A DNA stretch of 64,000 nucleotides from Octopus sinensis (taxonomy: Eukaryota), in contig NC_043009.1 in assembly GCF_006345805.1 (NCBI RefSeq), positions 42,470,001 through 42,534,000 of the forward strand. Reading direction: 5' to 3'. This document shows positions 11,499 through 23,841 of the stretch, piece by piece; the stretch's first letter is position 1; the number at the start of each line of letters is the position of its first letter. Both the position numbers and the translations under genes were made by a program. Below the pieces are notes generated by a model. It ran no database searches. It was not told the origin of the DNA and was given only the letters and a program-made list of their open reading frames with translations.

Positions 11499-11780
11499 AA
11501 ATTAGAGAAAAGCCACTATTATGTAATTCAAACAATGATAGCCATAAACCAAATCATATAGAAAAAATAAATTATATTATAAAACATATATCAAGATCAC
11601 AAAAAGTACAAAAAAATGAATAAACAATATATAATAAGTAAAAAGACTATATATTGTTTATTCAAATTTTTTGTACTTTTGTGATCTAGTTATGTTTTAT
11701 CATATATTTTATTTTTTCTATGTGATATGGTTTATGTCTATCATTGTTTGAATTACATAATAGTGGTTTTTCTCAATTTT
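11499..11780. repeat. Near-perfect ~280-bp palindrome (~134-bp arms, 14-nt loop)
   Basis: 11499-11633 is the reverse complement of 11648-11780, with scattered mismatches. Loop is ATAAGTAAAAAGAC. Confidence 0.9.
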
Positions 11781-11799
11781 TATATATATATATATATAT

Positions 11800-12170
11800 A
11801 GGGGAGAATTTACCAAAAAAATCATCAAAACACGAAGACAGATGGTGTAGACAACAGACAGATGTATTAGTATATCGCTCGGGAAGTGAAAAAGTCTTTA
11901 ACGTTTCGAGCCTATGCTCTTCCACAGAAAGGAACACAGAAAGAAACAAGGAGAGAAAATAAAGAATGTGTAGTAGCTAGCGATCTATCATGGCGAATAC
12001 CGGACAGAGAAGTCACAGAGAAGAGCTAGGAAGAAGGGGAGATAATAAAGTAGTGGTGATCCCAAAATGAAGATGCGCGTGCGTGTGTATAAGAGCGCAT
12101 GTATGTGCCAGCTTAATTTAATTCGTCCTTAGTCGAAAGACACCTGTTGTTAATGTCCTGTTATTTGTAT
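11800..12170 (-). mobile_element. Neptune-like Penelope 3'-end (pLTR) fragment with a hammerhead-like motif
   Basis: Homologous to 16590-16750 (GATCCCAAAATGAAG; GAGC-TAG-GCTCGAAACGT..AAGAC). Confidence 0.7.
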
Positions 12171-12456
12171 TTGTGCACCATTTCTCCATTTTTTCCCGCC
12201 CTTGTTTTCGTATACATTCGCTGCTTTCTTCCAAGGAATCTAGTGCTCTTAGCTTTGTTTTTCCTTGGGGCTGGCCAGATTGGAGCAATCAAGAGTATAA
12301 CCAGCCGAAATTGCAAAGATAATCTGGAACTCGATGAAGGAAAGAAAACTACGAATAACCCGTTTTCTTTGTATCGTCTGTCTGGATGTTTTGTTGTCCC
12401 TTTTTTGATTCATCTGTCTGGATGTTTTGCGCATTTGTCCCATTTTTGTGTGTGTG

Positions 12457-12548
<92 letters not shown>

Positions 12549-12819
12549 TGCGCATTTTACGATCTTTTATTTGCTTTGGTCATTAGACTGCGGTCATTTT
12601 GGGCGCCACTTTGAAGATTTTAGTCCAACGAATCGACCACAGTGCTTATTTTAACTTCAAGCCTGGCTTTTATCCTAACGTCTCTTTTGCCGAATTGCTA
12701 AGTTACGGGACGTGAATACACCAACACCGTTTCTTAAATAGTGGTGGGAGATAAACACAGGCACAAAGACGCCCACAGGTAGAAACATGCCCTTATATAT
12801 GTATATGTGTGTGTGTGTG

Positions 12820-13160
12820 TGAAGTCGCATGGCTCACTGGACGTTGGGAGTTCGATTCCTAGACAGGGCTGCGTGTTGTACTCTTAAGCAAGACACTTTA
12901 TTTCACATTGCTCCAGGTAACTCAGCTATAGTAATGAGTTGCAACATTATTGGTGCTAAGCTGTATCGGCCTTTGTTTTTCCCTTGGATTACATCGGTGG
13001 CATGGAGAGGGCAGAGTGGTTTGCATGGGCGACTGCTGGTCTTCGATAAAAACAACCCTAGATTGTGCGTCCGCCGGTGAGGTAACTTTCCCCCCAGACT
13101 TGTACCCCGGAAGGGAACCTCTTAGGTGCACCCATGGTCAGTCATGACCTACGGAGTCGA
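12820..13160 (+). mobile_element. CORE-type SINE variant (different tail)
   Basis: TGGCTCA...GTTCGATTCC head and CORE-like TTAAGCAAGACACTTTATTTCACATTGCTCCAG. Confidence 0.6.
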
Positions 13161-13184
13161 GTTCATATATATACTTACACTATG

Positions 13185-13362
13185 GGTTTCTTTCAGTTTC
13201 CATCAACAAATTCCACTCACAAGGCATTATTATTTAAAGAAGGTATGGGTGGTTCTGGCTTCAGTCCCACTGAATGGCAAGTGTCTTCTACTATAGCTTG
13301 GGCCGACCAATGCCTTGTGAGTGGGTTTGGTAGACAAAACTGAAGGACGGCCATCGTGTATG

Positions 13363-13429
<67 letters not shown>

Positions 13430-13680
13430 TGTATGTATGTATGTATATATGTATGTATGTATGTATGTGTATGTATGTGTATGTATGTATATTGGTGTGT
13501 ATGTGTGTATCCTTGTGTCTGTGTTTATGTTCCCGTAAATTAGCGGCTCGGCAAAGAAGATTGCTAAAATAAGTACCAAATTTTAAAAAGGTCCTGGAGT
13601 CGATTTGTTCGACTAAAAACAAAACCTCCAAGACGGTGACCCAGCGTGGCCGTAGTCAAAAGTACTAAAGCAAATAAAAC
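13185..13680 (+). mobile_element. Family-A SINE copy (13250-13680) preceded by an inverted head fragment (13185-13230)
   Basis: TTCAGTTTCCATCAACAAATTCCACTCACAAGGC is the reverse complement of the downstream GCCTTGTGAGTGG..TTTGGTAGAC.AAACTGAA. Confidence 0.75.
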
Positions 13681-14383
13681 GTGTGTGTGTACTTATATAC
13701 ACATGCATATATATATGCATATATTCATATGTGCATATATACGCATCGAGAAAAAGCGACAGAGAAAGAGGTAGGAAAAGGGAACAGCAAGGTGGAGTGT
13801 TGCAAGTTTGAGAGTAAATATACAAAGGTGTGTTATGTGCGCATTAGCAATTATATATATACAGGTATATATGCATTTATGTTTACTTTGTGTGTGTAAA
13901 TATACCAACACTTTTGTGAAAAGGTAAAGATGGGTGGTTGTATGCAAAATACAGACAACAATGGCAGACAGACATGAGGTACAGACTAAACATCTTAATA
14001 CAGGTATGATTACTAAGCTGGTAGTAGTTATTAATATGTTGCTAATGTAAGGTAGGGGTTTGGTCACAGATTTTTGTTTTTGTACTTATGTTTGTGTTTA
14101 TGCTTTGGTCATTCATAACACCGCTACTAAAACAAACAGACAGCACATACACAGGCACGCACACATATACAACGCACGCACATATATACACCGCGCGCAT
14201 TTATACACAAAAACTCACACATATATGGGTGGATAGACAAATACATACATACGTAGGCAGATGTAGATATATATATACAATGTTATGGATATATGACATA
14301 TGTGTGTGTGTGTTATGTATGCATGTATGTATGTATGTGCATGCATCAGATAGACAGACTGATATATATATCTATATATATAA

Positions 14384-14455
14384 GCGCGTAGGCTCGAAAC
14401 GTAAAAGACTTTTCCATTTTCCCGAGCGTCAAACTAATACATTTGCTTGTTGTTT
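14384..14455 (+). mobile_element. Short fragment of the same Penelope 3'-end/hammerhead family
   Basis: GCGTAGGCTCGAAACGTAAAAGACTTTTCC...CCCGAGCGTCAAACTAATAC. Confidence 0.7.
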
Positions 14456-14827
14456 CTAAACCGGTTTTCGTCATACATGCATACGTGCACACAGAAAAAT
14501 AATGCAAGCATATATAAGTATTCACCATCATAGGCACATATAGCAACTTATATATACATCTATCCACACACTAACCTTCAAACGTGTACATTATTTAGAT
14601 GTACGAACTGTGACTTACTGTCACTATCATCGACGGTATGCTTGTATACATAATCACACAAATACATTTTTCACTGTATATCGAAGCAGTATATCGCTGG
14701 TTATTGGCATATAGCTTGTGAGAATGCAACCATTAGTTTCATGCCGACTATTGCCCTTGGCATTACTGATGACACGCTGGCCAGAAGATCATAGCCTCTT
14801 TTATGCTGGAGGTGTGTAAATATATAT

Positions 14828-14894
<67 letters not shown>

Positions 14895-15576
14895 ATATAT
14901 ATATATCTGCTGTAATATTTACAGCTTTAAAAAATGTTATATATGAAACAATTGTACTAAATTACCGGATCCATTCTTGTTGCTTATTTTTGAATATAAT
15001 CACCCCGCATATTTTATGGGTAATACCATAAAAAATTCTGGTGCATCTAAATTAAGTACCATATTTATTTGAATCTAAATTGTTTGCTGAACTTATATAT
15101 TATATATATATTCTCTGGCTGGTTCAATGTTTGTAAAAAAAAGCGGAACGAAATATAGTGGAAAATTATAACACTTTCCGGGAGGGTAAGGAGAGTCACT
15201 TTGCATCAGTCGGTGTGATCCATGGTTAAAGCGTGTTAGTTGTGTGTGTGTGTGCGCAAGTATGTCATTCCCTTGTCCAAAAATGTCCACGTAGTCAAAA
15301 CGAATATCCGCTCATGAGAGCAGCGTACGAATTTTTTTTAGTTCAGGAAAGCACCCTTATGTGAATTGTTTAGAATGATTCTCCTGAGCGCCACCAAAAA
15401 GTTGCAATGCCTACTTCCGTTTGGATACGGTCTAGGCTGTACCAGTAATTTCCTGCTTCCTCCTTTAATCACCATATGTGTATGTGTGTGCTTATTTGTA
15501 TGTATGCATGCACGTACGTAGGTATTTATGTATGTGTCTTTCTCTCTCACTCTATATATATATGGGAGGGTAGTAT

Positions 15577-15705
15577 GCATGTATGTATGTATGTATGTAT
15601 GTATGTATGTATGTATGTATGTATGTAGTATGTATGCATGTATCATTATGTATGTGTGATTTATGTATGTATGTATGCATGTCATGTATGTATGTATGTA
15701 TGCAG

Positions 15706-15739
<34 letters not shown>

Positions 15740-16075
15740 TGTATGTATGTGTGTGTGTATTATGTATGTATGTATGTATGTATGTATGCATGCAGTATGT
15801 ATATGTATGTATATATGTATGGTATATGTATGTATGGATGTATGTATGTATGTATTATGTATGCATGCATGTATGTATGTTATGTATGCATGTATGTATG
15901 TATGTATGTATTATGTATGTATGTATGTATGTGTATGTATGCATGTACGTATGCATGCATGCATGTATGTATGTATGTATGTATATATGTATGTATGTAT
16001 GTATGTATGCATGCATGTATGTATGTATGTATGTATGTATGTATGTATGTATGTATGCATGTATGCATGCGTGCA
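15577..16075. repeat. Imperfect (ATGT)n microsatellite, ~500 bp
   Basis: Direct inspection; source of the MYVCMYVC ORFs. Confidence 0.95.
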
Positions 16076-16589
16076 TATTCTGTAAATATGACAGGAAAAA
16101 GTCAGATGAGACCAAGAGCTATTGGAGAATATGTGAATACTTATTTGAGATAAGAAAGAATAAGTTAAGAAGGATAAAAATTGAACAAGTACTTCAAAGC
16201 TATAACAAGCATGTGTACGTAACTACGTTATTCTTGTCAGAAACACTTGAGGCGAATTCAGCTTTATTAAGCTTCTTTTATTTATATCTGACAGCTTATG
16301 ATATAAAATTTTCTATCGAAACCTTAAGATTCATTAGAACGGGCTTAATTTACGGATGACATATCTAATTTCGAATGCTGTAATATAGAATCGTTATTAT
16401 TATTATTAATTATTTGCAATAAAATGTTGAAATTATAAAAACACTTCATGTACTTTATATATGTGTGTGAGCGTGTGTGTATGCATGCATGTATACATGT
16501 ATGTATAAACATATATATATATATGTATACATGTATGTATATATGATATATATATATGCACACACATACACACATATAGTTGAAAATTT

Positions 16590-18196
16590 ACAAAAAAAAC
16601 AAAAGACGAAGACAGGTGTATGAACAACAAGCAGCTATATTAGTTTGATGCTCGGGAAAGTGAGAAATTTTTTTACGTTTCGAGCCTACGCTCTTCAGCA
16701 GAATGGAATAAGAGAAATAAAGTATTGGCGATCCCAAAATGAAGGTTCACGTGAGTATGTGTATATGAGAATGTGTAAGTGTGTGTGTGTGGATAGGGGC
16801 TAGTGATTTTGACGTATGGATATGTGCGTGTGTGTGTGCGTTTGTAATATGTGGGTGTGTGGATGATGTTGTGTTGGTGTGCAGATGATGGTGTGTAGAT
16901 GTACAGATGATGGTCTATGGTGTGGGTGCTGGGAAGTGGTCGGTGCTAGTGTGTGTAGAGTGGTGTGGCGGCGTGGCGATGGCGGTGGGGTGTGAGAGTG
17001 AGGTTTGACTGTAGAGTGGAGGAGGGTGGGGTGGGTGGGTAGGTGTATGTGGGAGTGGGGTGTGTGGGTAGATGGAGGAGAATATCAATGAAGTGAAGTG
17101 GGTGTGGATGGAGGGTATCAATGAAGAGAGGAGAGGAGGAGAGTTGAGTTCATGTGGCACAAAGGAACGAAGAGAGAAGATTAATTCCTGTTCACGGTGC
17201 AAAAATAATCAGAACACAGACAGATATTGTAGTGAATGGCGCGAGACCGAGGTGTCATTGCTGAGTCTGACGTCTCAGAGGTGCTCCGCGAACCGGTCAG
17301 CCAAGCGGTGTCCCATTTGACCGATGTACATAGAAGTGCAGGTAAAGGAATCGGTGATATGATAGGGACGATGATGGGCTCCTGTGAGGATGATGGTTTT
17401 GGAGATGTAGGGGCAAGTGCGGCTGCGTGGAAAAGAGCAGGGGAACGAGCCAGGATGGGAGGTGGGGGTTAGGGAAGAAACTGTGGACCAGAAGGTCACA
17501 CAGGTTGTGGGCTCGTTTGAAGGAGAGAAGGGGTTAGCTGAGAGAAGATCTACGAAGTGGCGGGGTCGGACTGGAGTCGCCGGAAGGCTCGGAGAACGGT
17601 GCGTTGGAGGAGCAGGGTGGAGGGGTGGTAGATGAGGGAAAATTGGAGATAGGCAACAACAGGGAGGGTGCGGGGAGAGAGAGCAGATGCACGGTCCACA
17701 GAAGTGCTCTGGCAAGGGCTTTGTGGATAGAAGTGAGGGGATATCCACGAAGGGTGAAGTGGCGAGCCATGAGTTGAGACTGAGTCTTAAAGTCATGGTT
17801 GTCACTGCATAGCCTGCGCAGTCGGAGGAATTGGGAGTAGGGGATAGAGAGCATGGTATGGGTAGGATGAGAGGAGGAGAAAGTTAAGATATGAGTGTAA
17901 GTCGGTGTGTTTGTAGTGGATGGAGGGAATGAGAGCGTAGTTGTATATGTTGATCGAAATGTCGAGAAATGCGCCAGAAGTGTTGGAAATAGTGCAGGAG
18001 AATTCAAGGAGAGGGTGGATGATTAAACAAAAGAGAGGATGGCGTCTAGTTGTTCACGAAAGAGCGAAGTCGCACTGATACAGTTATGAATATAACGACC
18101 GTATAGTTCAGGAGCGGGACCAGTGAATCATGAGAATATTTGGGCCCCAACGAACAGGTTCACATAGTTGGAGCCCATACTCGTTCTCATGGCTAC
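16590..18196 (-). mobile_element. Neptune-like Penelope element, 5'-truncated (partial RT, Cys linker, GIY-YIG, 3' end with hammerhead-like motif)
   Basis: Minus strand: VAMRTSMGSNYVNLFVG, PELYGRYIHN (YIDD mutated), LSIPYSQFLRLRRLCSD, PGSFPCSFPRSRTCPYI, SFTCTSMYIGQMGHRLADRFAEHL, EQELIFSLRSFVPHELN. Multiple frameshifts. Confidence 0.92.
16674..16701 (-). ncRNA. Minimal type-I hammerhead ribozyme-like motif (non-canonical core)
   Basis: CUGCUGA-A-GAGC(GUAG)GCUC-GAAAC-GUA. A6 of CUGAnGA is replaced by C. Confidence 0.5.
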
Positions 18197-19004
18197 AGGT
18201 AAGTGTGTGTGTCAGTATATGGGGTGTATATGCTTGGTTAAAAAAAGGACTAGAATATTTGTTAACTATTTTAATAATAAACTGTACATTCTTTCATAAC
18301 AGCCCGAATGGTTTGTATAAGAAATTTATCTATTATGTTTCTGACGCCAAAAGATATTTGAAAAAAAGTCAAAGTTTTGTTGAGTGTTTAGTCAACAAAT
18401 TTTAATATGTGAATCACTGCCCGGGTACAATCAAAATTTGTCAAGATATCCGTTTCTGCTATTTTCAGACATATCTTTGTATCTTTAAATTTCAAGATTT
18501 TCAGTCAACAAAATTGGGAGAAAATAGACAGAAAATGATGCACAAATACTGAAATCAAGAAAATAATTTTACCCTGATACACAAATGTGTGTGATGCTCA
18601 CATTAGGGAAACATTTTATCACAAGTCTGGGTGATTAAGGCTCACCCTGAATTAAACGAGACTGATGACATTGCTTCACTATAACCATCCATAGCTTGTC
18701 ATTCGCAAGCAAGTATTGCTTGGTAAGATTAAACAAGTTTTAGCGAATTGTTTAACATGTCCATGTAATCACAATCAGACAGGGACCGCCTTTCAGTCCT
18801 CCAATTCTTGACTAAGTGGATCATCGACGATGTAACAAATGAAGGGAGACTTCCAGTTTAGTTCTGATGCATTAAACAAGACCTCGTTTCAGTTGAATAG
18901 ACTGGAGTAATGATCAAGGACGCAATACACCGCTTGTTCCAGGAACCGAACCCACTACCTTAAGAACGTGAACCTGATATACAAAACATTTGACTGCGTC
19001 TCTT

Positions 19005-19195
19005 ATTGGTTTCAAATTTTAGCACAAGGCCAGCAATTTAGGCGAAGTAAGTCGATTACATTGACGCCAGTGTTCAACTGGTACTTATTTTATCGACCCC
19101 GAAAGGATGAAATGCAAAATCGTCCTGGACAGAATTTGAACTCAGAACGTAAAGCCGGACGAAATGTCGCTACGTGTTTTGCTCAGCAGGGTAAT
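19005..19195 (-). mobile_element. Family-B SINE, degenerate
   Basis: Reverse body and head motifs. Confidence 0.75.
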
Positions 19196-19489
19196 TAGAA
19201 AAAATAGTTAATTAGAATTCATCAGGTGATATGTGTTTCTCAATAAATAAATAAATAAATAAACGCACTATAAATTTGAATAAAGCAGTTACAGAATTAA
19301 ACTACGAATTAATAATTGGGGGTCAAAGAAATATCCGTAGAATCATCCACTGAGCCATGTTCCTGATCCTGAAAGTCCTTCAGTAATATGTTTGAAGTAA
19401 ATATTTACCCATTTATATATTCTTTAAAGCTGATGATTCTTTATTAAAGACAATGAAATAGATTTCATTTAATAAGGGTTGCACACACA

Positions 19490-19534
<45 letters not shown>

Positions 19535-19951
19535 ACAAGTATTTACACTGAAAATTCAAACAATTTTTAAGTATTATTCTTGACAAGAAATAGCTACCAG
19601 CCTCAATATATGCGATGGTCTAGAAAATTTAGCGTTTTGAGAGCCATACTTTACTCTTAAAAATCATAAGTATCTTGCCAAACCGAAATATGAATTATCA
19701 AAACCTAAGAAAAAAAAAAAACTAAGATATGTAAGCGCGATAAAGATATTTTCCGTTCCATCACTTTCGGTATTAAGCAGCGTTTTTACTCTTCCCTTCT
19801 GAAACACCAGTTTATCAGTTACTTGGTGATTTTAGTGACATAGGTAATAAGCACATCTTTAAACTTTTGGAGTTTTTCCAAAGTGTTTTAGAATTCAGCA
19901 GACAGTTTATTCCAGTTAGTGATTCAGATATTAATATTTTTGCACTATACT

Positions 19952-20695
19952 AAGGCGGCGAGCTGACAGAAACGTTAGCACGTCGGGCGAAATGCTTAGC
20001 GGTATTTCGTCTGCCGTTACGTTCTGAGTTCAAATTCCGCCGAGGTTGACTTTGCCTTTCATCTTTTCGGGGTCGATAAATTAAGTACCAGTTACGCACT
20101 GGGGTCGATATAATCGACTTAATCCGTCTGTCTGTCCTTGTTTGTCTCCTCTGTGTTTAGCCCCCTGTGGGTAGTAAAGAAATAGGTATTTCGTCTGCCG
20201 TTACGTTCTGAGTTCAAATTCCGCCGAGGTCGACTTTGCCTTTCATCCTTTCGGAGTCGATTAAATAAGTACCAGTTACGCACTGGGGTCGATATAATCG
20301 ACTGAATCCGTTTGTCTGTCCTTGTTTGTCCTCTCTGTGTTTAGCCCCTTGTGGGTAATAAAGAAATATGTATTTCGTCTGCCGTTACGTTCTGAGTTCA
20401 AATTCCGCCGAGATCGACTTTGCCTTTCATCATTTCGGGGTTAAGTAAAGTACCAGTTACGGGCTGGGTTCGATCTAATCGACTTAATCTCTTTGTCTGT
20501 TCTTGAATCGTTAGCACGATGGGCAAAGTGTTTAGTGGCATTTCAGTATGTTTTAAGTTCAAATTCCGCCGGGGTCGACTTTGCCTTTCATCCTTACGGA
20601 GTCGATAAAATAAGTACCAGCTGAGCACTGGAATCGATGCAATCGATTTCCACCCTTCCCCACAAGTGCTGGCCTCCTCCCAAAATTTGAACCTA
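19952..20695 (+). mobile_element. Family-B SINE tandem array: one head, 184-bp units starting at 20001, 20185 and 20369, then an older copy
   Basis: (G/T)GTATTTCGTCTGCCGTTACG recurs with an exact 184-bp period. Confidence 0.9.
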
Positions 20696-20879
20696 AAATC
20701 TTTCCTAGCATACATAAAAAGGAACTGGTCTTTTGTATTTTGAGTCTGGGAAATGACGAGATGGTTGCAGTATGTTCGATCATGATTAACTTGGGGCTAA
20801 ACAAAAACAACAACAAAAGCTGCCACAACAACAATTGCTGCTGCTGCTACTACTACTACTACTACTACTACAATAATAA

Positions 20880-21080
20880 TGGTTTCTGCTTAAGACACAA
20901 GGGTGAGTATTTCAAAAGAGGGTGGAACTAGTTGATTACATGTATACCACTGCTTTTACCGGTTCTTCATTTTATTGACTCTGGAATGCAGAGTTGACCT
21001 TAATGGAACGTGAACTCAGAACGTAAAGAGCTGGAACAAATACCACAAGGCATTCAAACAATTCTGCCAACCATCCGCCC
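20880..21080 (-). mobile_element. Family-B SINE, highly degenerate, abutting (AAT)n
   Basis: GAACTCAGAACGTAAAG and ATTCTGCCA motifs. Confidence 0.6.
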
Positions 21081-21084
21081 AGAT

Positions 21085-21108
21085 AATAATAATAGTAATA
21101 ATAATAAC

Positions 21109-21164
<56 letters not shown>

Positions 21165-21168
21165 CAAC

Positions 21169-21250
<82 letters not shown>
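21085..21250. repeat. (AAT)n microsatellite
   Basis: Direct inspection. Confidence 0.95.
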
Positions 21251-21565
21251 CAGTAACAATAAAAAACAACAACAATAATAGTGACAATAAAATAATGCTT
21301 ACAATATCATTTTGAAATGTTGGCCCTCGTGACAATCTATGAAAAAAAAATGAGCTCAGTTTCCAAATTTCTGATAGTTAAAAGTCTGTGAATCCTACTT
21401 AATTGCCAAGTTTGCCAATTACAGGAATTGGTGTACTTAATACACAGACACACGCACGCACACACACACATACATATAATATATACTGATATATAGATAT
21501 ACACACACACATATATATGTATATATATCTATGTGTGTCTCTGTGTGTGTATATATGTATATGTA

Positions 21566-21610
<45 letters not shown>

Positions 21611-22417
21611 GCATACATACAGTCATATTTATATATATATATATATATAGTATTATGCGTGCGTGTGTGTGTGTTTGTACATGTATGTATATATGTCTTT
21701 ATTACAACATCATCAAGAACCTCTGATGGATGAGATGATTCGACAGAGTGTATTAGACTGTTCTAGCTAATGTCTCAGAAGTCTGTAACCGCTCTCTTGG
21801 CACGGGCACCATTTTCCGTATATTCCAGTAGTCACCGTCTGAGATGATTCATTTATAAAACCTTCTCTTTAATATCGGTTTCCTAACAGCAGAACGAATG
21901 TGGTGGTTCATTGGCCAGATTTGTTTTAAGCATTTTGGACTGTTTCTTTGCTGTTCAAGGCCTCTATGTTCTGATTCTGAGTTCAAATCCTGCTAGGAGC
22001 AACTTTGTGTTGTATGTCCCTAGAGTTGCTAAATGAAGTACAAATCAATTACAATTGATACATTTTTAGAATCCATTTGACTATGGCGTGAGAAGGATTG
22101 TAAAGATATAAAAATAAAACTCCATTTTTTAAGAAACGAAAGCGAATTGAGCTAAGAGTTATCAACAAATCCTATCGTCTAGCATGCTATAATACTGTTC
22201 CAAGAAACCATACCTTATGGCATTTATGAACAGACCAATGCATCTATGGCGTCGATCATCTAAAGAAGAAAAAGAATACAACTACAAAACCATACAAATA
22301 TCATATACTTAATGTATGTGTGTTGTTAAATGCTTGTTGCTGCAGTATTTCGTTTAAAAGAGGCCTCGTGGAGAATATTTGGCACTGATGCATAGAAAAT
22401 AGTGTGAAATGTCGATA

Positions 22418-22800
22418 TACAAGGTGTGATCAAAATTATTAGGACTATTGCTGTGATAACGGAGCTAAAGCATGCAGTGTGAAGTTGCCTGGCACAGATT
22501 GACCTTCAAACTTGTTACGCATGACACTAAGTTACAACATGCTCACCCACTTCCGTTGTTTATAGCAGAGCTTAGAAGTAAAGTGTGTAGAATATGGTCG
22601 TCTCAAAAAGAAGATCGGGATTCTGTTGCTTAGGTTCTCCTTGACTATGTCAAGAAAGATGAAAGCTTTTTAAAAATGATCATAACAAGTGATAAATCGT
22701 AGGTGTTAAGGCTATGACCCCAAAACCAAGGCTCAGACGTTACACTGGAACACCATGACAAGATTTGAAGACGTCGAAAAAATCGGGGGTTGATTTATTG
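22418..22800 (+). mobile_element. Internally deleted mariner remnant
   Basis: TA|CAAGGTGTGATCAAAA terminus. FLKMIITSDKS*V..YDPKTK (first catalytic Asp motif, TGDETW-like) and RFEDVEKI. Confidence 0.7.
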
Positions 22801-23397
22801 AACTAAAATTTCTTCAAATCATTGTTGCAGCATCGCCGCAGTCTAATACCTGAAAAACTACAAGTAAAAGATAAAAAAATATATAGGAAGGGTAATGGGT
22901 TCATGAGTTACATTCCTAGTCTAGGCAGTGCAGTGTGTCCTTGAGCAAGACACTTCATTTTACATTGCTTCAATCAACTCAACAGTAAAGGAGTGGTAAC
23001 CACTTACTGATGCAGCTCCCATTCTCCCCCTCTCTCTCTCTCTCTCTCTCTCTCACTCACTCCTGTGGTCTCATCCAGGATATATAGCTCAGTCAAGTGT
23101 AGGAGGATCAAGGGGTATTGATATATGCTCATAACATAGCACCAGTAGAACACTGTGATCAATGTAACCAATTTACCACCCTCCTCTGAAATTACTGGCC
23201 TTATGCCTAACCCTAACCCTTGTATGCAATGCATATGTCTCCTCTTTCCCAGTGTATACCGAATATATATTTTTTATTTTTATTTTATTTTTTATATTTA
23301 TCATTTCATTATTACATGTAAGCCCCCTTTATATCTGTCTCTGTATTGTCCCCCTCATCTTTCGCCCACGTGGAAAATAAATGAAATTGTTATTTAT

Positions 23398-23790
23398 CAT
23401 CATCATCATCGTTTTACGTCCGCTTTCCATGCTGCCATTGGTTGGACGGTTTGACTGAGGACTGGTGAGCCAAAGGCTGCACCAGGCTACAATCTGATCT
23501 GGCAAAGTTTCTACGGCTGGATGCCCTTCCTAATGCCAGCAACTACATGAGAGTGTAGTGGGTGATTTTTGTACCACCGACACGAGGGCCAGTCAAGCGG
23601 TTCTGGCAACGATCACGCACAAAAGGTATTTTTAAGTGTTACCTGCACGGGAGCCAATCCGTGGCCCTGGCAACGATGACGCTCAGATGTGCTTTTAACG
23701 TTCCACTGGCACGAGTGCCAATCAGGCGGTTCTGACATTGGCCACATCAGCGATTTTGATTTGTTTACACTTGCCTCAATAGGTCTTCAC
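23398..23790 (-). mobile_element. Family-C RTE/Ceph-like element with internal repeats
   Basis: Homologous to 1364-1572; repeated CTGGCAACGAT.ACGC units; (GAT)n tail. Confidence 0.75.
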
Positions 23791-23791
23791 A

Positions 23792-23841
<50 letters not shown>

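Noticed and set aside
15583-16359. Longest ORFs (MYVCMYVC..., IYIYIY..., poly-Y/L/N/H/D and similar throughout the track)
   Set aside because: These are translations of (ATGT)n, (TA)n, (TAA)n, (CAT)n and (GAT)n microsatellites that lack stops in some frames; they are not genes.
18196-18468. Perfect plus-strand donor CAG|GTAAGT at 18199 and strong acceptor at 18468
   Set aside because: The donor is formed at the 5' truncation junction of the antisense Neptune RT, and the downstream frames close quickly.
19952-20505. Regularly spaced repeats suggesting a CRISPR array
   Set aside because: Whole 184-bp units are homologous, with no unique spacers; eukaryotic SINE context and no cas genes.
23205-23220. 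CCTAACCCTAACCCT telomeric-like repeat
   Set aside because: Only about two units; expected by chance.
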